Under the pieces are notes generated by a model that saw only the letters and a list, made by a program, of their open reading frames with translations, was not told where the DNA came from and searched no databases. A stretch of DNA of 64,000 bases from an uncultured Clostridia bacterium (GTDB taxonomy: Bacteria > Bacillota > Clostridia > UBA1381), in assembly GCA_934501535.1 (NCBI GenBank), contig CAKSUM010000007.1:47578-111577 (forward strand), written 5' to 3'. Position 1 is the stretch's first letter, and every line of letters begins with the position of its first letter. The translations under genes and the position numbers were made by a program. Of this stretch, positions 41,392-48,564 are shown in pieces.

Positions 41392-44300
41392 TTATTTAAT
41401 GTAGTATTTCAGCGTACTGTCTGAATTTTTAATCATATATGCACAGTTTTGCGCAAGCAGATTTGCTCCGTAGTTGTTAATGTGCAAGCCGTCAAATGTG
41501 AATGCATTTTCCGGTATAACCGTGCTGTTTAACGGAATACAGGTCAATCCGAGCTCGTTTGCGGTTTCCTCCGCAGCGTCGGCAAACGCTGTAGACTGTT
41601 CTTTGCATATCAGCACTGTAAGTCCCTTATCCGCATATGCTCTGCACAGTTCTTTCAGCTGTTCTTTGTACGTTTCACTGTCGCCGTTTAATCTTCCTGC
41701 GTCATTAATTCCGAGAGATATTATTACAAAATCCCCCGGCTTTGCATTTTCATAAATTCTGTCCGAATATCCGTTTGCAATGAAATTCTCAACGGTTGCT
41801 CCGCCTATCGCGCAGTTAATCACTTCGGCTCTGCCGTTTAAATAATTCCCGAAATATTCGCCCCAGCCATGCTTTACATCAGAGCCTTCCGTGTAGTTGC
41901 AACAGGTTGAGTCGCCTGCGAGGAATACCTTTGCGCCGTCAACATTTTTGTATACGTCCGCTTCGGGTGTCATTCCGTTCCATACGAAAATCTTGCTGTT
42001 CGAATCCGCATTTATCGGAACTATTTTCTCCGCCTCGGCTGTATCGGCAGCTGTTATATTCAGTGACGCAAGCTTATTTCCCTCATATCCGGCAGCATAA
42101 ACTGTACGTTTGCCTGCATTGCGGAATTTAGCGAACAGTCCGTCCACATCATAGTCAAAGCTTACATTTTCTTCAATATTGAATGCCAGGTCAGCGTCGC
42201 TGTCGCCCACAATGTAAGTATAGGTGCCGTCACCGTTATCGGTTACGCCCTGCGGCAAGTTCATATAAACGCTATCACCCGTCTTTACCGCGTTAAGTGT
42301 AAACGTAATTTCGGTTCCGGGAACTGCGTAAATAGTATCGCCGTCAATTATCGCGTCATTATCCGCGCTCGGGACAACCGTGCAGTAAAGAGTGCTGTAG
42401 TTAACGGTTTTCGCTGCCGTAATATCATAAATGGCAAAGTTATCTATCTGATATTTTGCCGCGGCGCCTGAATATGCTTTATTTTCGCCAAGCATCATCA
42501 TCTGCCAGTTTGCCTGGTCGGCTACGGCAGTAAAGGCATGATGCGGTGACAGCCAGCCGCCCTGGATATACGATATTGTCTTACCTGTTATTTCACCGTC
42601 ATCTTTTATATTTATAGGTACGTTAAGGTACAGACTTCCTCCGTTGACGCCCTCGGACACCGTCATTTTTGCGTCCATTTTAATGAAATATTTATGGTCC
42701 TTGATTACCGGATAGTTCGCCAACATGATTGAATTTGTCCATTGATTGTTCGCATCGGCGTCAAGCCAGCCCAGACAGTCAAGATCCGCATAAGTACGTC
42801 CGTCCTTTGTTTCGACGGTTAAAATGTTGTTGTTTTTTACGTCCTCACGTTCGGCAAACGGATTGACGAGCTTAAGCGTCTCTGCAGACTCAATCGGGTC
42901 TACGACAACCGGTTTGATTTTTGTTGCCGTTTTATCGGCTGTGATGTTCGCGTCTCCGTCCGGCATAACGAACGAATATATTCCGTTTTCGTCCGGCGTA
43001 AGCTCTGTACCGTTCATATACAGCTTGGTTGCCGTGTAGATACTGTCGGAATCGTCAACCGTAAATCTCACCGTATCGCCGGTGTTTGTCATTTTTTCGC
43101 CTTTAGCCTCCGCGTATGACGCGTCTGTCAGCTTAACGAAATCGTCCGCCGCTATCTTGTGTGCGTTTGTCAAGTCATAGACTTTAATATCGTCAATCCA
43201 AATCTTTGCACCGACTACAGGATTTCCGACTCCGCCTCTTTTTGCCAGCTGATGCAGAAAATGCTTTCCGTTCCAGCCCTCTTTACTTACAACAATATAA
43301 TTGCTTCCCTCTTCAGTCTGTCTTATTATGTCATTCGTGTATGTTGTAAAATTCGGGAATATTCCGGCGCCTATTGAGCCGCCCCCGTTACGCCAGTCAC
43401 TCACCCAGCCCGTTTCGTCCTGAGCCACTCTGTATGATATCCATGCTTTTGTGGCATCGGTAACGGTAATGTTTTCACCGGTTAATATCTGCAAAATACC
43501 CATTTGGGTTCCGTCGCATGTGAGAAGCCCGACCTTATTTCCGTCATCAAGCGTTGCGGTTGAGAGCGTTCCGCCGTATACTACCGTAAGATCCTCCGGA
43601 AATCCGTTTTCAAAGTCACCGTTTTTAACAAGGTTAACCAAAGATGAACCGGATACCGTATCGTACGTTATTTCCGTCTCGTATGCGTCCTCCGGCACGG
43701 TAAACGAATAAATTCCGTCAGCGTCCGGAGCAAGCAGCACGCCGTCTGCGTATACGTTTGTGATTTCGGTATTCTCAGGCGCTTTTACCGTAAAGCATAC
43801 CTGACCGCCTTTTTTTGCGTACCAATTTTGCTCGCCGTTTTCATTAATAAGCGTTGCGCTTGTTTTGTCGAATATAATGCCCTCCGGAACATATATCAGT
43901 GCACATTCCTCAAGCAGATTGGTAATGTCATAAACCTCTATATCATCAACATAAAACTTAGAATTGTTTTGCGGATAATCACCGACATTTCCCTTCATTC
44001 CGATTTGGTGCAGAATATGTTTCCCGTTCCAGCCTGCCGCGCTGACTTCGATATAATTGTCACCGGATTCCGTCTGTCTTGACAAAATACCCGAAACGGT
44101 TTTAAAATTGGGGTATGTGCCCGACGTCAAAGCCTTTTGACTGTTGCGCCAGTCCACGATATTCCCCGAGCCGTCGGTTGCAAGCTTATAGGAATATGCC
44201 GCCCTTGTATTATCGGCTACTTCAATGCCGGCACCCGTCAGAATCCCTGCTACACCGACGTTTGTACCGTCGCAGGTAAACACACCCGTATAAGTGCCGT

Positions 44301-44511
44301 CCGCCATAAGCTCACGCGATATATTTCCGGCAAGCGATGCAATAAAATCCTCCGGCATACCGCTTTCAAAATCGCCGTTTGAAACGAGATTGGTAAGCGC
44401 CGCATTTCCTGTTCTTACCGAAGCTTCCTCCGCATGCGCTGCCGGAACCTGCGGCAGTGCGGAAACCATGCAGACTGAAACTATAAGAGCTGATAGTTTG
44501 TTTTTTTTCAT
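41392..44511 (-). CDS. secreted multi-CBM protein E with C-terminal SGNH (CE12-like, rhamnogalacturonan acetylesterase-type) esterase domain
   Basis: 1039 aa. Signal peptide ends AHA-EE. Two tandem copies of the NGDFE(S/N)G.PED ... (V/I)DDI.VYD(I/L)T module, each followed by a B-repeat-like domain, plus a third jelly-roll (QIDNFAIYDIT). The last 180 aa (nt 41395-41934) carry SGNH blocks GDST, AIGGAT, GINDAG and DGLHIN. Confidence 0.8.
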   Translation of the reverse strand: MKKNKLSALIVSVCMVSALPQVPAAHAEEASVRTGNAALTNLVSNGDFESGMPEDFIASLAGNISRELMADGTYTGVFTCDGTNVGVAGILTGAGIEVADNTRAAYSYKLATDGSGNIVDWRNSQKALTSGTYPNFKTVSGILSRQTESGDNYIEVSAAGWNGKHILHQIGMKGNVGDYPQNNSKFYVDDIEVYDITNLLEECALIYVPEGIIFDKTSATLINENGEQNWYAKKGGQVCFTVKAPENTEITNVYADGVLLAPDADGIYSFTVPEDAYETEITYDTVSGSSLVNLVKNGDFENGFPEDLTVVYGGTLSTATLDDGNKVGLLTCDGTQMGILQILTGENITVTDATKAWISYRVAQDETGWVSDWRNGGGSIGAGIFPNFTTYTNDIIRQTEEGSNYIVVSKEGWNGKHFLHQLAKRGGVGNPVVGAKIWIDDIKVYDLTNAHKIAADDFVKLTDASYAEAKGEKMTNTGDTVRFTVDDSDSIYTATKLYMNGTELTPDENGIYSFVMPDGDANITADKTATKIKPVVVDPIESAETLKLVNPFAEREDVKNNNILTVETKDGRTYADLDCLGWLDADANNQWTNSIMLANYPVIKDHKYFIKMDAKMTVSEGVNGGSLYLNVPINIKDDGEITGKTISYIQGGWLSPHHAFTAVADQANWQMMMLGENKAYSGAAAKYQIDNFAIYDITAAKTVNYSTLYCTVVPSADNDAIIDGDTIYAVPGTEITFTLNAVKTGDSVYMNLPQGVTDNGDGTYTYIVGDSDADLAFNIEENVSFDYDVDGLFAKFRNAGKRTVYAAGYEGNKLASLNITAADTAEAEKIVPINADSNSKIFVWNGMTPEADVYKNVDGAKVFLAGDSTCCNYTEGSDVKHGWGEYFGNYLNGRAEVINCAIGGATVENFIANGYSDRIYENAKPGDFVIISLGINDAGRLNGDSETYKEQLKELCRAYADKGLTVLICKEQSTAFADAAEETANELGLTCIPLNSTVIPENAFTFDGLHINNYGANLLAQNCAYMIKNSDSTLKYYIK

Positions 44512-44623
44512 TTTATTAACTCCTCCTCTGAATATTGTACTTACGCCGTTTTACACGGCTATTTCAAAAAAATTCAGAAAGTCTTGTGTATTCCGACTTA
44601 TCTTCATTTTCAGTACCGAAATG

Positions 44624-45991
44624 TCAACGTTTACAGCTTCGTCCCGGAACTATTGCCGCGAGCGGATTATATTCCGGGTGCTGCTTTTCGTATTCAGCCA
44701 TGCCGATGTTATTTTCCCAATCCTGCATTTTCATTATTTCCTTTTCCAAAACCGACATTTTTATCTTCCCTGTCAGAATATCGGAAGCCCACAGTGTTCT
44801 GAGAGGCAGCACTTCTGTTGTTTCCACCTTATGTGCCATCGGACAGGGCTTGCTTATTTCGGATATGTCCACAAAACTCTGCCATTGTTCCATGCCGTCA
44901 TCAAGCGTGACTCCCTTTATCAGGTCGCGTTCCATAGGTATCGAAAGCCCGGCTTTGTACTCCTTAATCGCCAATTTCTCGCCGATTATCCAGTTGTATA
45001 CGGTCATTAACTTATCCGTTCCAAGCCTTTTTACGCCCTTGTTGCTTATCAGCACCGTGCCCTCATTGCCCATATACTGCCAGCCCGGTTCCCAACCGTC
45101 CAAAACAGGAAACGGCGCAACTCCCCAGTCCGCTTTAGCCGGAAACTGGTATTTCAAAACTCCGTAATCATATGCACCGGCTGTTTTCATGCCGATTTTT
45201 CCCTCGCCAAATCGCGCACGCGCCTCGTCATTGTCGAGTTTTTCAGAGCCGGGATAACATGAGCCGTTTTGCTTAATCGTTAGGAGACCTTTCATAACTT
45301 CAATTACAGCCGAATAATCATATTTACCGTCAGCCGGGTTATATCCGTCCATAAATCCGCATGACGCAGACGCAAATTTTAAAACATCATCATTATACAG
45401 CGATTCAAACTGTCCAGGAAAAATAAATCCGTATTCACCTTTTTTCGGGTTTGTGAGAAGCTTTGCATCCTCTATAAATTCCGAAAAAGTTTCCGGAGGT
45501 TTCGCCTCTCCGTTTTCGTCAACAATGCCTGCTGCCTTAAACATTTCCTTGTTATATATCAGACCGTATGTAGTTGTGCTGACCGGTATGGTGTAGGTTT
45601 TTCCGTTATATTTATGTCTGCTTTCATCTATATATGGCTTGAACCGTTCAAGTATCTCCGCGCCGCCGTTTATATCCTCCAAAGCAACCAGTTTATCCGA
45701 AGGCATAAAATCATAAAGCGACGCTCCGAAAATATCAGGGCCTTCGCCTCGCATTACGGCATTTACAATCTCGTCATAGGTTCGTACCGAATAGTCGATA
45801 CGGATACCCTTTTCCTTTCCGACGGTATCATTCCATTTTTCCGTTTCCTCGGTCAGAAAAACCTTGTCATGCCCGTTTGACATCCAATAGCTGACAACCG
45901 TAAGCTCAGTATCATCTGCCGTATTTTTGCCGCACGCAGATGTGCCCAGAAGAATAGATGCGCAAAGAAGAATGTTAATAATTTTATTCAT
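44624..45991 (-). CDS. lipoprotein, ABC-type sugar solute-binding protein family 1 (orphan: no permease or ATPase nearby)
   Basis: I trimmed the ORF 44624..46132 to the ATG at 45991 (MNKIINILLCASILLGTSACGKN, lipobox LGTSAC). The size and sequence pattern are typical of carbohydrate SBPs. Confidence 0.8.
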   Translation of the reverse strand: MNKIINILLCASILLGTSACGKNTADDTELTVVSYWMSNGHDKVFLTEETEKWNDTVGKEKGIRIDYSVRTYDEIVNAVMRGEGPDIFGASLYDFMPSDKLVALEDINGGAEILERFKPYIDESRHKYNGKTYTIPVSTTTYGLIYNKEMFKAAGIVDENGEAKPPETFSEFIEDAKLLTNPKKGEYGFIFPGQFESLYNDDVLKFASASCGFMDGYNPADGKYDYSAVIEVMKGLLTIKQNGSCYPGSEKLDNDEARARFGEGKIGMKTAGAYDYGVLKYQFPAKADWGVAPFPVLDGWEPGWQYMGNEGTVLISNKGVKRLGTDKLMTVYNWIIGEKLAIKEYKAGLSIPMERDLIKGVTLDDGMEQWQSFVDISEISKPCPMAHKVETTEVLPLRTLWASDILTGKIKMSVLEKEIMKMQDWENNIGMAEYEKQHPEYNPLAAIVPGRSCKR

Positions 45992-46028
45992 ATCGTTTCC
46001 CCGTTCTTCCTCAAATACCTTTTGTTTT

Positions 46029-46056
46029 ATTATAACATGAAAACGCGCCGTGTAAA
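46029..46056 (-). promoter_or_regulatory. candidate sigma-A promoter for the SBP/giant-protein operon
   Basis: On the minus strand, TTTACA - 16 nt - TATAAT with an extended -10 (TGTTATAAT), about 40 nt upstream of the SBP start. Confidence 0.45.
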
Positions 46057-46089
46057 GTTGAAAAAACATAACCCACCCCCACTTTTTTA

Positions 46090-46116
46090 TTTGCAAAAAG
46101 CCGTTTTTTTTGCAAA
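46090..46116. promoter_or_regulatory. two copies of the 8-bp palindrome TTTGCAAA, 19 nt apart, upstream of the SBP operon promoter
   Basis: TTTGCAAA at 46090-46097 and 46109-46116, read directly from the sequence. This is a candidate binding site for the adjacent LuxR-type regulator. Confidence 0.3.
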
Positions 46117-46249
46117 CAGCCGGCATCGGCAAACGCTCATGCGTATTTTAATGAAAAACATACCTCGCCGCGATGCGGGTTACAGATTTTCAACTTTACT
46201 TTTTCTTATCAAAACGTTATAATAAAATATAGAAATAATTATTTTGATA

Positions 46250-46278
46250 TTGCAAATATTATTGAATTTTGTTATACT
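46250..46278 (+). promoter_or_regulatory. candidate sigma-A promoter for the histidine kinase / response regulator pair
   Basis: TTGCAA - 17 nt - TATACT, 20 nt upstream of the kinase start codon, whose GGAGGAG RBS lies in between. Confidence 0.45.
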
Positions 46279-46297
46279 AATCACGGAGGAGATCGGT

Positions 46298-47806
46298 ATG
46301 TTTTTATCTGCACTGTTTGTATTGCCGATTATCATTGTATACATCATCGGTAACAGATATAATAAAATTTCATACGTGTTCGGACTGTATTTTATAAGCA
46401 TTGCCGGCATAATGATTGTTTCGGCAATATACATGTCCAAACTTTCCTCTTATTTCTACACTTTCAGGGCCGATTATAAAATATACCTTGCAATGTCAAA
46501 CATGAATATGTCGATTTTTACCATATCGCGGCTGCATAACTGTTTTCAGCTGATGTTTATGTTTTCTTCGGTGCTTTTTGTAAAAATTCTGCACAAAAAT
46601 AAGCTGAAACAGTGTATTTTACTTCTGTTTCCGGCAATGATGTACTTAATAATCTGTGACCCCGATATTTCGTGGGAAATATTCCGACTTTCAAATATGC
46701 CCGACTCCGGCATGGGACGTTTTTTTGCCGTCACGGCGCCGTATATTCTGAAAGCCGAGGACGCAATTGTGGTTTTTTATTCTTTAATGCCGCTTTTTGC
46801 GATTGCGGTGAGCTACAAAAAGACTCAATTCCGGTTTAAAAAAGTGTACTATGTTTTTCTCATGGCATGCATTTTCCTTGTATCGGTATTTGTGTATTTT
46901 CTGATGAACTGCGTTTTCTTCCGCGACCTCGGGAACTCCAATATCGGATTTACAAAATTTCCGCAAAGCAGCATAAACGTTTCCGGCTCGCTGATTTTGC
47001 CGTTCATACTGCTTTTGTCGGTATTTGTGGTAGTTTCGGCAACGCTGTACTTTAAACCGTTTGCCGATATTTCGTTTTACCGCAAGGGCGAGACGGTCAA
47101 CAGTATAAAATTCTCAAACAAAAATCTGAGCATGATTTTGCACGCATATAAAAACGCGTTTCTCAGCGTTGACAGAATATCGGACATAATCGACCGCGGA
47201 ATGAAAAAGAACGATATTGAAACGGTTGCGGAAAGTACTGCGATGCTGAAAAAGCTTGCAAATGAACGGCTGGACGCCATCAACAAAACTCTTACACTGT
47301 TTCGTGACGTGATTATCAGACGCGATACAATCGATGTCATAGCGAGTATTCATGAAGCTGTAACTCTTGCACACATTCCCAAAAGCGTGAAAATAACCTT
47401 TTCATGCACGGCGGAAAATACATATATTACCGGCGATAAGTCATATCTCACCGAAACATTTCTGAACATACTGAATAATGCGTCACAGGCGATTGACTTA
47501 AATCATACGCAAAATCCGGTTATCGATGTTAATGTTTATACGCTTGAAAATTATATTGTAATAAGCATACGCGATAACGGCGGCGGTGTTTCCAAAGAAG
47601 AATTAAAGCATATATTCGCGCCGTTTTATTCAAGCAAATCTCCGCTCAAAAACAGCGGCATAGGCTTAAATTGCGTACAGGATATAGTAAAAGCCCACCG
47701 CGGCTATATAGAAGTAAAAAGTAAAAAAGGCGAATATTTTGATTTTCAGATAATTCTGCCGCTGATAAGAATATCCGAAACGGAGGGGATAAAATGCAGA
47801 CAATAA
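46298..47806 (+). CDS. sensor histidine kinase with about seven N-terminal TM helices and no obvious extracytoplasmic domain
   Basis: I trimmed the ORF 46244..47806 to the ATG at 46298 with GGAGGAG upstream. HATPase N box FLNILNNASQAI, G1 IRDNGGGV and G2 SGIGLNCV are present. The candidate phospho-His is in LHAYKNAF. Confidence 0.8.
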   Translation: MFLSALFVLPIIIVYIIGNRYNKISYVFGLYFISIAGIMIVSAIYMSKLSSYFYTFRADYKIYLAMSNMNMSIFTISRLHNCFQLMFMFSSVLFVKILHKNKLKQCILLLFPAMMYLIICDPDISWEIFRLSNMPDSGMGRFFAVTAPYILKAEDAIVVFYSLMPLFAIAVSYKKTQFRFKKVYYVFLMACIFLVSVFVYFLMNCVFFRDLGNSNIGFTKFPQSSINVSGSLILPFILLLSVFVVVSATLYFKPFADISFYRKGETVNSIKFSNKNLSMILHAYKNAFLSVDRISDIIDRGMKKNDIETVAESTAMLKKLANERLDAINKTLTLFRDVIIRRDTIDVIASIHEAVTLAHIPKSVKITFSCTAENTYITGDKSYLTETFLNILNNASQAIDLNHTQNPVIDVNVYTLENYIVISIRDNGGGVSKEELKHIFAPFYSSKSPLKNSGIGLNCVQDIVKAHRGYIEVKSKKGEYFDFQIILPLIRISETEGIKCRQ

Positions 47807-48468
47807 AATGGGCTATATGTGATGATGCGGAATATATCTGTTTTTCATACAAGATGGAGCTTAAGGAGTATTCGGAATTGGAATTTATGGGCAGCTGCCG
47901 TTCAACCGACGAATGTGCAGTCCTGCTGCAAAATACAAAGGTCGATATTCTGCTTTTGGATATTCAGATGGACACACCTACAAGCGGTATCGACTTTGTA
48001 CCGAAGGTAAAAGAAATCGCGCCCGAAACAAAGATAATTATGCTGACTAATTATAAAGATGAAAATTACATTTTTACCGCATTTGCAAACGGTGCGGACG
48101 ATTATTTTCTGAAAACTTATCCCACTTCCGAATTGACAAAAGTTATGCACGCGGTATATTCCGGGACAAACATGCTTCATTCCGAAATTGCGCAGATACT
48201 GGCAAACAAGACAAAAAATATTCAGAGCGGGCACAAATCCCTGCTCTATACGCTGCACATAATGACGCTGCTTTCGACATCGGAATTTGATGTTTTGAAA
48301 GATATATGCAACGGGTACTCGTACCGCGAAATTGCGGACAGAAGATACGTTACGCTCAATACCGTGAAATCGCAGGCATCGCGCATACTGAAAAAATTTG
48401 ACGCTCATGACATGAAAGAATTATCGGAAAAACTTGATAAACTGAAAGTATTTGAATTATTCCGTTAG
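47794..48468 (+). CDS. response regulator, REC plus LuxR/NarL-type HTH
   Basis: 224 aa. REC motifs are ICDD, ILLLDIQMD, MLT and FLK. The C-terminal LSTSEFDVLKDICNGYSYREIADRRYVTLNTVKSQASRILKKF is a LuxR-type HTH. 13-nt overlap with the kinase gene. Confidence 0.85.
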   Translation: MQTIKWAICDDAEYICFSYKMELKEYSELEFMGSCRSTDECAVLLQNTKVDILLLDIQMDTPTSGIDFVPKVKEIAPETKIIMLTNYKDENYIFTAFANGADDYFLKTYPTSELTKVMHAVYSGTNMLHSEIAQILANKTKNIQSGHKSLLYTLHIMTLLSTSEFDVLKDICNGYSYREIADRRYVTLNTVKSQASRILKKFDAHDMKELSEKLDKLKVFELFR

Positions 48469-48520
48469 AAATCCCCCTTAATAGTGAGGCTGCGGCAAAA
48501 CTTTTTTCCGAAGCCTCAAA

Positions 48521-48559
48521 GGGAGTGCGGCAAAACCTCTTCATTTTGCCGCACTCCCT
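48521..48559. terminator. bidirectional intrinsic terminator between the RR gene and the GH78 gene
   Basis: GGGAGTGCGGCAAAA / TTTTGCCGCACTCCC 15-bp perfect stem followed by a T-rich run. Confidence 0.65.
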
Positions 48560-48564
48560 TGTTT

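Noticed and set aside
46180-46440. 86 aa minus-strand ORF in the AT-rich SBP/kinase control region.
   Set aside because: It is an AT-rich, Ile/Asn/Lys-biased translation that overlaps the kinase start and its promoter. Most likely it is spurious.
48486-48536. 11-nt repeat TGCGGCAAAAC (48491 and 48526) and an extra GAGGCT/AGCCTC hairpin after the response regulator gene.
   Set aside because: These are most simply part of a compound terminator region between convergent genes. There is no evidence of a further function.
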